IMG/VR virus record: IMGVR_UViG_3300020045_015842
Span: 1 to 55,062 of that record
From: a virus
Taxonomy: Duplodnaviria > Caudoviricetes
Strand: one strand, 5' to 3'
Length of the DNA stretch: 55,062 nt
Shown piece by piece: positions 1 to 10,398 of the stretch. The notes beneath the pieces were generated by a model. It saw nothing but the letters and a program-made list of their open reading frames with translations, made no database searches and had not been told where the DNA came from. Within the stretch, counting starts at the first letter, position 1. Every line of letters starts with the position of its first letter. Position numbers and translations under genes: made by a program.

Positions 1-98
1 ATACAGGTGGAGTTCTTACTAAGATCATTATTGAGGTTGATGCTATATGCAATAGTGGATATTTAAATAATGGATTTGTTTATAATAGTATTGGGTCA

Positions 99-512
99 TT
101 GGGTTATAAGTTTGAATTAGATGGTGATGAGTGGCAATATTCATTTGAATCTGATTTATATACATTTCCTTATAGAGTAGCAGATTGTGATAGATATTTA
201 CACAACTATTATTCTCATCCAATCAATTTAGACAAATGGTTATATTTACAGGATTATTTGAATATTCCTAAAACATCTAATATAGGACATTATTTAAGAA
301 AGAATCACAAAGAGATTTATAATTATATATGTCTTACATTTAGAATAAGATTTGGAGAGTTTGGTAGATTTAGTGATAGTAATGAATTATCTACTATTAC
401 ATTTAAAGTGTTAAGAGAATTTGGTGGGTTTGATAATAATACTAATAATATCATCTATAAATTTCTCCAACATAATCCTTCAGTATTTAAGAATCTATAT
501 TTAAAAGATTGA
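99..512 (+). CDS. hypothetical protein (may begin before the window)
   Basis: ORF track; no motif recognised. Confidence 0.5.
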   Translation: MGYKFELDGDEWQYSFESDLYTFPYRVADCDRYLHNYYSHPINLDKWLYLQDYLNIPKTSNIGHYLRKNHKEIYNYICLTFRIRFGEFGRFSDSNELSTITFKVLREFGGFDNNTNNIIYKFLQHNPSVFKNLYLKD

Positions 513-916
513 GTATTAGTGTATTATGTACTCATACACTATTAAAAAGACATTACTTTGATATTATAATAATACCAGTGTAATATCATTTACTATAGCA
601 TTAACCCTATAACAAGTAATATTAAATTGGTTGATAGTATACCTAGACTTAGCAAACTATCTATTACTTGTTATTATTCTCTTCCTATATATTATTTGTT
701 CTATGTAAGAAGTATATGATTATATAATTTGATTAATGTTATGCTGTTGCCATTGAAATAATATGGTTAGGGATACTACCCTTATATTACTGGTCATAGT
801 ACAGGAAAACCCAAACAGTCACTCTTCGTTTATGTATTTCTTCTCTTATATAGAACTATTTATTTTATAAGCCGTGTCGCTACAGTGTGTTGGGCTTTAT
901 AATAAACATGCTGCAG

Positions 917-940
917 GGAGAGCGAGGCTCCCATTTTTTT
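917..940 (+). terminator. possible intrinsic terminator
   Basis: GGGAG..CTCCC stem followed by ATTTTTTT. Confidence 0.4.
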
Positions 941-1157
941 ATAAATACTTCTCTGAAAGATTAGAGTATTGTGGAACAATAGTTAACATTCATATTGTCT
1001 GATGTATCAGAAATGTTCTACCCTTTCCTAATAATAACTCTGAGAAGTATTTATTTTATTTTCTTTTATTGTATTTCTTCTATATATGTATATCTTATTA
1101 TATTAGAGAATAATAATATTGTTTCAATTGGTTTTATTGATTTTAAATATTTATATA

Positions 1158-1670
1158 ATGAAGGCAAAATATAATTATAACTCTTTACTATTAGATTGGC
1201 TTAGTAGTTTAGTTAATTATTCATTTATACATTCTTTTAGTGATAATTGGGCTAAGTATAATATTTGGGATGGGGAATTAATGGTTTCTTTGGATTTTAG
1301 ACAAAATACACATAAAGAACTATTTGATTTACTTCCTTCTAAATATAAAGGATGTAAACAGAAAGGAACAGGTAAATTAGTTAATGAAAAAACATTATAC
1401 TTTAAACTGTTTGATTTTATTGATATTTCTTATCCAGAGATTGAATCTTCTATATTAATACAAAGACATAAACATCAATCAACAGAACATGGTTGGAATA
1501 TTGTTGGAGAGTATTTCTATACCTATAATTGGTTAGTTTCTTTATCTGATGGTACAGATATACATTATTCTAATCAAGAAGATAAGATGGATATGATTAA
1601 AGGAGATTTTATTTATAATGCTAGAATACAAGAAAGAGCATTTAAATCATTTTTAGAGAGTTTTAAATAA
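1158..1670 (+). CDS. hypothetical early protein
   Basis: ORF 1119..1670; ATG at 1158 (MKAKY) is the likelier start. Confidence 0.6.
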   Translation: MKAKYNYNSLLLDWLSSLVNYSFIHSFSDNWAKYNIWDGELMVSLDFRQNTHKELFDLLPSKYKGCKQKGTGKLVNEKTLYFKLFDFIDISYPEIESSILIQRHKHQSTEHGWNIVGEYFYTYNWLVSLSDGTDIHYSNQEDKMDMIKGDFIYNARIQERAFKSFLESFK

Positions 1671-2352
1671 TATATAATAAGAGAAAATGTTGTATTTGTT
1701 TTTACAATGTTCTCTAATGTTGATAAAGGATTTATAATTGGTGGTTGGAGACATCCTTGTTGTGGTGATGCTTATATGGCAGCTAGTAGTATTAGAAATT
1801 ATCACAATTGTGTTCAAGGATTTTAACTACTAAAAATAGATTCTTAACTAGAGCTGAAGCATTAGAATTAGTTATTTCTACAGATCAATTACAAAAAGAT
1901 ATAATTGGAGGTGAATTAACTTCTGAAGATTTGTGGTAAAACTATTTAAACTTATTTAGTAACAAGTAATAGCAACAGTTTAGCTGGTAAACAATCTCTA
2001 TAAAGTCTGTAAATAGGTGCAGTAATAGATTGCATTACTTGTTACTTTTTCTTATTATATAATGATTGATACTACCTATAAACACTGAAACAGGTACAAT
2101 CTGGTGAGAAGCTAAGTCAGATTATCAAATCATTATATTATTTAAGTTGTGCCATTTACAGATATTAATAAGATTTGCAAGTCTTATTAGTTGATATTCA
2201 TCTCAATAAACTGTAAACAGGGCCTTGTACCTTATAAATAGAGATGAAGCAAGTGTAAGCTAACAATGGGGAGTTTGAGAGTAGAAATACTTAGGTTGTA
2301 CCAAATTACACAAAACCTTAATATTATTTTATTAATAAACTAAAATTAAAAA

Positions 2353-2529
2353 ATGGCAACAACTAAGAAGCTTTCAAGGCAAAAAAGAGCCTTAACAATG
2401 TTGGAAAATACATTGAAGAGTGGAGTTAAAAACCTAAAATTTGGTGGAACTGCACCATTATTGGGTAGTGACGTAAACAGAATTAATAAAGAGATGGAGA
2501 GTCTCAAGTCTAAACTATTAAAAGGATAA
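2353..2529 (+). CDS. small basic hypothetical protein (58 aa, MATTKKLSRQKRAL...)
   Basis: Hand translation; A-rich leader, followed 3 nt later by the ORF at 2533. Confidence 0.6.
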   Translation: MATTKKLSRQKRALTMLENTLKSGVKNLKFGGTAPLLGSDVNRINKEMESLKSKLLKG

Positions 2530-2532
2530 GTC

Positions 2533-5086
2533 ATGCTAAAAAAATTAAATCAAAAGAATAGTGCTGGTAAAGATTTATATCAGAATGTACAAACAGGAAA
2601 TGTGTCAACATTAGCAAAAGCTAATTTCACTCAATCAATGAGAAGAACAAATTTGTACAATTTATTAATAGTAAAAAAAATATTTCATTTCTCTCCTGCT
2701 GCATTATTAAGAAAAGAAGCTGTATTTAATTTCTATAAATCTATAGAAGATGGTGCAGCTAAGTTTAATAAGTTTTTGAAGATTAATTATGGAAAAGCTT
2801 AGATTTTATTCAAAACTCCCCATTAGTTATCTTATACTGTGGGGAGTTTTAGGAGCAATTTTTACTCTTTGTACACTAATGCTCTTATGGGATAATACAT
2901 ATGAATTCTTTTTTGAAAGACAAGGATATTTAAATAGGAAAATTCTTTTAAAATACATTTCTAGAAAAGAATTTATTCTTCCATCAAATTCTAAATTATT
3001 AATAGATTCTTCTATAGAGGAATACATTATTGATAATTATGAATTATGGGTATATAATAAACAATCAAATATTACATTATCTTCTAATACAGATATAAAT
3101 ATAATTGGTTTATTCCAATCTGGAAAATATACCAAAAGAACTGTAAATCAAATTATTGAAAGAATAAACCAATTAAAAACTTACTAAAATGTCAGCAAAA
3201 ACCATTATTATTCATCAAGGAACAATTATGACCTATGGTGATTATCTTGAAATAGATAGAGAATATTAAATAATATAAAGAGAAGAGTAAAAGAATTTTT
3301 TCGTTCTTATTCTTATAGTTGTTGATTGATTGAAACATTGTTTTTCTCAAAATTCTTAGCTCTTCTCTTTTAAATTTATTTTGCTCTATTATCATTATAA
3401 TGAAAATAATGCAAAATATTTGATAATATATTAAACCAAAAACAACTATGAAATCAATTTTACTAACTAAAAGAATAAAAGTAACACCAAGAAAACACAT
3501 AATGTTTGGTACTACGGAACAAGGATATTTATTTGTTATAAGACATTTAGTTCCTAGAAAGAAAAGAATGACAGGATTTGAATGCATTTGCAAAAGACAA
3601 AATATTAAAATATGTGATAATACATTTCATGTTTCTGATGAAACATTTAGAATGATGATGGCATTATACATTTCTAAAGATGGAATTCAATTTCCTAAGT
3701 CATTTGAAGTTATTCCTCATTATCATGAACACAATTAAAACATATTCATTTGAAAACATATTCCTTCTTATAATGTTATTTGGAGGAATATTGTTTTTTA
3801 TTGGGCTTTCTATTAGATTATTAATAGATTTTATTTGTTCTATATAAGAAGAATATTAAAACTAAAATTATGAAATTTATAATTGGAACAATAGTTTTTA
3901 TAGTAATTAGTGTTTATCTACTATCTAAATTAGCTGATAAAATTTTTAATATCTGCAATATACTTAAAGATAAAAAACATGAGTAAAATTGAAATTGATA
4001 AAGAATACTCTTACAGTATTGATTTTGGAGTATTTGGAAATGGTCGGAAATGGATAAGTCTATATAAAAACTTAAAATGGATAATATCAATACAATGTGA
4101 TTATTCTAAAGACTCAAAGGAACAAGCAGTTGAATTACTAAATGAATATTTATGAAATCAGGAAAACTACTAAAAATATCTAATGAGCGTTCTATTTATA
4201 TAATTCAAAATGAAGATGAGAGTTATATTAATAATGAAATGCTCATTAGATATAGAAATATTGGTGATAATTTTGAGAAAGTTATTGTCAATGAATCTTA
4301 TTGCTCTATAGAACAAGGAATAGTGAGTGTATTAGATGTTACATCTAAGCCAAAATTCCATTTTCCTCTTATATGGCTTGATACAAATGCAATGATGTTA
4401 CAATCATTAATTGAAAAAGAATATATTAAAATGAATTAATATGGCAGCAATATCACGAAATTACTTTGATATATTACAATGGCTGTATAATATAACAGAC
4501 TCTTGTGTTACTTTTCAACAAGTAATAGCAGCTAAAAAAATGATTAGACAATTTACAAAGAAATTTCCTTATAAAGAGTGGGGAGATTCTATTTGGATTG
4601 ATCATGAGGTTTTATTAGACTTTAATGATAGAAAATTTACAGAAATAGGAAATCAATTAAAACAAAACAAATGAAAACAATTATATTCTTTTTAGCATTA
4701 ATGTTTTCTATAATATTATTTGTTACAATTGTAATAGATAGTATTAATTATTGTATCAAGAGAAAAACACAATCTTCTTTATGGTTTGTATATATGATTA
4801 TTGTTTCTGCTCTTTGGACATATTTTTATTATCTTTAATTTTTCTATATATGTGGGTAATATTTAATACTGATAATAATAAGGCAGATAAGGCAATGATT
4901 TGTTTTTATGAAAATAGAGAGAAACAATGCAATTTAATGCACAGAAAAGATATTGATGATCAAGTTAGAGAGTGGCAAAAATCTAATACTGGTCAACCTC
5001 CTAAATTCTATAGTAGAATTAATATTAAAGAATTTACAAATAGACAATTAAATATTGTGTACCCAATAACTAATCCTTCTATATAG
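2533..5086 (+). other. run of small early hypothetical genes, several with hydrophobic (TM-like) stretches
   Basis: ORFs 2533, 2789, 3448, 4152, 4441, 4751 plus shorter ones, co-oriented and closely packed. Confidence 0.55.
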
Positions 5087-5906
5087 AGAAATTATGAATT
5101 ACATTTATGGTAATGTACCTTACTGCAAAAATTGCAAAGATATTCTTATTTATATAGATAGGAATTGGAAATGTATTAAATATGGAACAATTCAATAATA
5201 TTAAAACATAGCAAAAAATGAAAGACACAATTAAAAAAATTAAAGAGAATGTAGCTAAAATGCAACATGCTCTTGTTGGCATTGATGAATATGATTCTTA
5301 TCAAGAAGATGATTCATTATTGGAAGATTATACACAGAAATATGACAGATTTATTTCTGATGAACTTTCATATTATTTTAGGTTATTATAATTTTGGTAA
5401 TTTTTGGTTTGTAAGAGGGGCAATTTTAATTAATTGTTCCTTTTATTTTTTAAATTAAACTACTATGGAAGATAAATTAATATTACTTAAAAGAATAAAT
5501 CCTACTGAATATGAAATTCATAGATATGTTATAGATAGAACTAGAAATCTTATTCTAACTACAACTGATAAAAAATTTGCTGAAAAACTTGTAAAATCTT
5601 ATAATAAACCAAAAGAACAATGAAAAATATAAATGAACAATTTGAAGAATTTGATTGTGAAGAATTTGAATTTGATGGAATTGATAATAAAATTGCATTA
5701 AGAGCCACAATTATAGCAGGAGTGTTTATGATTATAGTATTATTAGCCTGTTATGGCTTTATACAATTAATATTTTAATATTATGGCATATTTAATTCTA
5801 TATTTAGTAATATTTATTATTGCTTGTATATTCTCTTTATGGATAATAGAACAATATTGTCCTAAATTAGCAGATAAAATTGAAAACCTTTTTAATAAAT
5901 TTGATA

Positions 5907-6815
5907 ATGAATAATTTACCTGAAAATTTTGTAGTATATTTTAAAGAAAATACAAAAAATAACCCTGTAGCAGAATATCTAAATAAGATGTATCATGAAG
6001 AAAGGAAATATTGGAATGGAGAGTCTGAGGGTTATTATGGAGTTTAAAATAGACAAGATAGATGTACTTCTTTTCCCTCTAAAACTACAACAATTCTCTC
6101 TATAGAAGAATTTATTATTCTCTCTAAAGAAATTAAAGAATTTGTTCTTCCTACATTATGGTGTATTAAGTGTACTAAAGAAAATAAGAAAATTTTAGAA
6201 TCTTATTTTAATAGAGGATATTCTATGGAAATAGGAAATTATCAATATGTAAATGAAGAAGGATTTTTTTATCACAATCGAATCAAAAATGATAAATATA
6301 TGGAAATAAGTCTGGAACAATTTAAAAAACATGTATTAAAACAAACATTTATGGAAACAAATAGAGAAATAAATTATTATGAGGTTTTACAAACAGTATG
6401 GGGTTTGAATGGAGTAAAATTTAGTACAGGTGATAAATTATATGCTGAAAATAAGGAATCTCTTCCATATTTTGAAAAATTTGGTATCTTAAAAGATACA
6501 ACTATTTTTAAACCTGTATATAAAGAAGAAGAATTTAAAGTAGGAGATATTGTTAAAGTTAATAATCCTTGTTCAAGTTCTAAAAATAAAAGAGGAGATA
6601 TTGGTAAAATTAGTACTATAACAAAAGGAAAATTATCAGATTTTAGTCAAAATACTATTGATATTTATAATGTAAATGGGTGGTTTGAAGCTAAATCTGC
6701 CTTAACATTAGCTTCTAAAGAAGAAATCAAAACTTATGAGAATAATCTTTTATTAGAAAAAATAAAAAATCTCTTGGATATCTACGAAAGAAGTACTATC
6801 TTAGTACAAAAATAG
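5907..6815 (+). pseudogene. modular phage protein, 5' part; in-frame TAA at 6045-6047 and 3' end disrupted by a GIY-YIG gene
   Basis: ATG 5907 is in frame with ORF 6225..6815 and separated from it by one TAA; repeated LP...(L/I)S(I/L)E(E/Q)F modules. Confidence 0.5.
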
Positions 6816-6819
6816 ATAT

Positions 6820-7524
6820 ATGACTAATAAATATTGGGTTTATAAAATTACAAGTCCTTCTGGAAAAATTTATATTGGAATTACTTCTAATATAATAAAA
6901 AGATTTTGCTTCTATAGAAATAATTTTGATGAAAAGCAAACTATAATATATAATTCTATTAAAAAATATGGCTGGGATGCCCACATAAAAGAGATTTTAT
7001 ATATTTCTTTGTTTAAGGAAGAAGCAGAACAAAAAGAAATAGATTTGATTAAGTTTTATAAAAACAATAAAGTATCCTTAAATATTACTGATGGGGGTTT
7101 ATGTGCATCTAGTGCAAACTATATTGATCCAAGAGCTAAACAAGTTCTTCAATGTGATTTAGATGGTAATATTATTAAAGAATGGGAAAGTATTAATTCA
7201 ATAGAAATAATTTTAAACTTCTCATCTACAAATATAGGAAGGGTTTGCAGGAAAAAAACATTTTATCAACATGGATATTTATGGATATTTAAGAAAGATT
7301 TTGAAGATGGAATTGTGCCTATTTATACAGATAGAGTTACAACAAGAAAAGGAAAAGAAGTATTATTATTAAATTCAAAAAAAGAATTTATTAGAGAATA
7401 CAACTCTATAAAAGAAGCACTACGAACTTATTCTTTAAAAAATGTAAAAAGAAATATTTATAGAAGTTTAATACTTAAAATACAAGATAAAAATGGAAAC
7501 TATTGGGAATACAAAAATAAATGA
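6820..7524 (+). CDS. free-standing GIY-YIG homing endonuclease with NUMOD1-like repeats
   Basis: WVYKITSPSGKIYIG, downstream R, KEIDLI and LNITDGG; repeats VLQCDLDGNIIKEWESI and VLLLNSKKEFIREYNSI. Confidence 0.9.
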   Translation: MTNKYWVYKITSPSGKIYIGITSNIIKRFCFYRNNFDEKQTIIYNSIKKYGWDAHIKEILYISLFKEEAEQKEIDLIKFYKNNKVSLNITDGGLCASSANYIDPRAKQVLQCDLDGNIIKEWESINSIEIILNFSSTNIGRVCRKKTFYQHGYLWIFKKDFEDGIVPIYTDRVTTRKGKEVLLLNSKKEFIREYNSIKEALRTYSLKNVKRNIYRSLILKIQDKNGNYWEYKNK

Positions 7525-8032
7525 AAAATATAATGAAATTTTAAATTTAATAGAAGAATTTAAAAAAGAAAATCCAAAAAAAGCAAAAGAATTATTTAAT
7601 CAGTTACTTTTAATTGAAGCAAAAAAGCGTTATCCTATTGGAACAAGATTTAAAGCAATTTCATCTGATACTGGTAATTCCTGCTCTGAATATACACAGA
7701 ATACAGAATGTTATTTGTATGAAGATAGTTCTGGTTTATGGGTAATAGGTAGTGCAAATATTTATAGTTCCAAATTTAATAAATGGGCAAAAATACTTCC
7801 TTCTTATCCTCAAATTACTATTAATTCTTATACAGGAGAATTTTTTGATAATTATGTGAAATTTGGATGCGCTGAGATTGATAAAGAATTATTTATTGAT
7901 TGTAATAAAATAGTTAAAATTAATTATTCAATACATGGTACTAAAAATGTTGAATCTATAACCATTGGAAAAGGAACATTCTCTAAAGAACAAATAAAAG
8001 AAATTGCAGAATATTATTTAAATAAAAAATAG
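7493..8032 (+). CDS. hypothetical protein, probable 3' half of the interrupted gene
   Basis: NQLLLIEAKKRYPIGTRF echoes ENNLLLE at the end of the upstream half. Confidence 0.55.
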   Translation: METIGNTKINEKYNEILNLIEEFKKENPKKAKELFNQLLLIEAKKRYPIGTRFKAISSDTGNSCSEYTQNTECYLYEDSSGLWVIGSANIYSSKFNKWAKILPSYPQITINSYTGEFFDNYVKFGCAEIDKELFIDCNKIVKINYSIHGTKNVESITIGKGTFSKEQIKEIAEYYLNKK

Positions 8033-8088
8033 GTTGGTTTTTACATGTTCTGCTTAACCAGAGCAGCATGTTTGGTTTTTTGCTATTA

Positions 8089-8121
8089 TGTCCTCTTATT
8101 AATTTAAGAGGATATTTTTTT
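8089..8121 (+). terminator. intrinsic terminator
   Basis: TGTCCTCTTA..TAAGAGGATA stem followed by a T-tract. Confidence 0.65.
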
Positions 8122-8782
8122 ATTTTTTAATACATCTATATATGAATAGTATATTTATATTACAGCAGGATATCGGTAATTTAAAAAAGGGAAGAAAATT
8201 TGATTCTTTTGGAGGAATAGTTTCTGGAATTACTATAGAAATAGAAAAAGAAGAAAAGCAAATTAGTTTTGCTAATAAAAAGTATTTTAAACTTCAAAAG
8301 TTAAAACCTAAATTTAGAATAGGATATAATGAATTTATATAAAATTAAAAATTATGAATAATACAAGACAATCTCTAATAAATAGTATCCACTCAATGAA
8401 TAAAGTATTAACATATTCCTATTTAGAAGAACAAACAGATGAAATATTATTAAATATTGTTCATCCTCTATATAGAGAAGAATTTACATTTGCATTAAAA
8501 CAAGAATATAAAACTTCTGAAAATGAATAGAGGGGAAAACTATTTACGCTCTAATACATTCTATATTCTCTCCATAGGATTAATATTATCATTATTCCTA
8601 TTTAATCAATGTTCTACATTGCAAAAAACTAAAGGATATGAAAACTATCCAAAAAATGAATCTTGGCAAACAAGAAAATTGTAATCAAAAGGTATCATAT
8701 AATACACTTTATAAGTGTTTTTCACAAAAAATAAGTAAAAATATTAAAAATAGTATCATATATAACACTAATTAATAAAATT

Positions 8783-9187
8783 ATGGCAAAGTTATCAAAA
8801 ATGGAAATTTCAGCTATTGCTGCATTAATTTATGATGGAATATCTAAATCCAGAGAAGAATACAATAAAAAAGTAGAAGATGAGGCTTTTAAAATCTGGT
8901 TTAGTGGTTATTCTACTACAGAGGACTATAAAGTTCTTCAAAAATTTAGTAAATTAACTAAAGAATTAACAAGAATTACAGGAAAACTAGGGTATTCTTA
9001 TAGATTTGATGGATTTAATACAGATAATATACTTAAAGATATATTTAGAATTTCGTCAAAAGTAGAATATAAAAGTAATTATAATGTAAGTTTAAATAAT
9101 ATTGAAAGAGATATTATTATTGCTCAAGCAAAGAATGAAGATTTAGATGCTCTTATTGCATCATTAACAGAAAAATATTCTAAATAA
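8783..9187 (+). CDS. hypothetical protein
   Basis: ORF track, A-rich leader. Confidence 0.7.
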   Translation: MAKLSKMEISAIAALIYDGISKSREEYNKKVEDEAFKIWFSGYSTTEDYKVLQKFSKLTKELTRITGKLGYSYRFDGFNTDNILKDIFRISSKVEYKSNYNVSLNNIERDIIIAQAKNEDLDALIASLTEKYSK

Positions 9188-9378
9188 TGTTTAAATCTCC
9201 ATATGAAAAAGAGAAACCAATTCCTCAAAGAGATGTTGGTTATTATTGGGCAAAATTAACAGAAACATCATTTTCAGAAGTTATATACTGGACAGGAAAA
9301 AAATGGAAAAGAATTGCTGTAATATATGATTTTTGTGATGATGAATTCTTCTTTATAGGAGAAAAGATTAAAGAATAA
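9187..9378 (+). CDS. small hypothetical protein (paralogue at 25011..25178)
   Basis: Shared R..GYY...W....F.DD.F..I.EK pattern. Confidence 0.65.
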   Translation: MFKSPYEKEKPIPQRDVGYYWAKLTETSFSEVIYWTGKKWKRIAVIYDFCDDEFFFIGEKIKE

Positions 9379-9432
9379 ATTGAGTTTATATATAAAAGTT
9401 TAATAATTATTAACAACAAAAAAAGTAAAGTT

Positions 9433-9993
9433 ATGAGTGAAATGAAAAGAGTTATCAAATTGAAGTTATTGTCGCAGAATGAATTAGTTAAAGTTGAAAC
9501 TTCAGCTAGAACATTTGGGGAGTTTAAAGCAGAAGTAGCCAATCTTGAAATTGATTGGACAAGTGTAAAGCTCATTGACAGGGCAAGTAAAGTATCTTAT
9601 AGTGAGCTTGATGCTGCTGTATTACCAGCTACAGATGCCATTATGTTTGTGATGCCTACAAAGAGTAAAGCTGGAGCCGATTTGTCTTACAAAGAAGCTA
9701 AAGAAGCTGTAAAACAGTATAAATTGAATGGTGGTAATGTTCCATTTAATTATACAAATGCTTCTACAGAACAGCTAAATAAATTTCTTGCTGGTGTAAA
9801 TGCAACACAAGAAGTAGCTAAAGAAGTTGAGGAAGGAAATGCTCCAGAAACTATTTTCCTTAAACCGGGTGTTTATACATTAGTAGTAGAAGGTGATGAA
9901 ATTAAAATGGGAGAAGAAGTTGAGTTAGTTGATGAAACAACTTTAGATGATTTACAGGCTGAAGCTGAGGCTTTGAAAAAAGTTTTGAAATAA
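9433..9993 (+). CDS. putative ubiquitin-like (beta-grasp) precursor with C-terminal extension
   Basis: N-terminal ~81 aa with strand-strand-helix (TFGEFKAEV)-strand pattern ending FVMPTKSKAG; sits upstream of E2, JAB and E1-like genes. Confidence 0.6.
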   Translation: MSEMKRVIKLKLLSQNELVKVETSARTFGEFKAEVANLEIDWTSVKLIDRASKVSYSELDAAVLPATDAIMFVMPTKSKAGADLSYKEAKEAVKQYKLNGGNVPFNYTNASTEQLNKFLAGVNATQEVAKEVEEGNAPETIFLKPGVYTLVVEGDEIKMGEEVELVDETTLDDLQAEAEALKKVLK

Positions 9994-10013
9994 GCTTTAA
10001 TATTTTATTAGAC

Positions 10014-10050
10014 AAGGGAAAGGAGAAATTCTTTCCCTTTTTTATTTTTA
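10014..10050 (+). terminator. intrinsic terminator after the Ubl gene
   Basis: AAGGGAAAGGA-GAAA-TTCTTTCCCTT plus T-tract. Confidence 0.8.
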
Positions 10051-10061
10051 AAACCAAAATT

Positions 10062-10394
10062 ATGAACCTAGAAAATATTAAATATATAGTTTTATTAGAT
10101 GTTTCTAATGAACTAAAAGAAATTATGCTTATTGCTGAACTTGCTTATGATGAAAAAGTAATTCCAACAATAATGTCAATTTTAGAAGAAGAAAGAAAAA
10201 ATAAAAAAGAACTTATTCTTGATATGAATGCTGAGCTATCTAGAGCACATGTTTATATTGAAATGAAGAAGGAAAATAAAACAGAACAAAAAGATTCTTT
10301 TAATAAAGAATTTGTTATTTCTGAAATTTCTAAATTCTATGAAAAATATAAAAATGTCATAGGACATTGTTTTAATAGATTTCCAAAAACTTAA
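10062..10394 (+). CDS. hypothetical protein
   Basis: ORF track. Confidence 0.7.
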   Translation: MNLENIKYIVLLDVSNELKEIMLIAELAYDEKVIPTIMSILEEERKNKKELILDMNAELSRAHVYIEMKKENKTEQKDSFNKEFVISEISKFYEKYKNVIGHCFNRFPKT

Positions 10395-10398
10395 AATT

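Noticed and set aside
990-1020. Hammerhead ribozyme at CTGATG..GAAA
   Set aside because: Core reads CTGATGT rather than CTGANGA, and the segment pairs with itself
6816-7492. Group I intron around the first GIY-YIG gene
   Set aside because: No room for, or trace of, P/Q/R/S elements on either side
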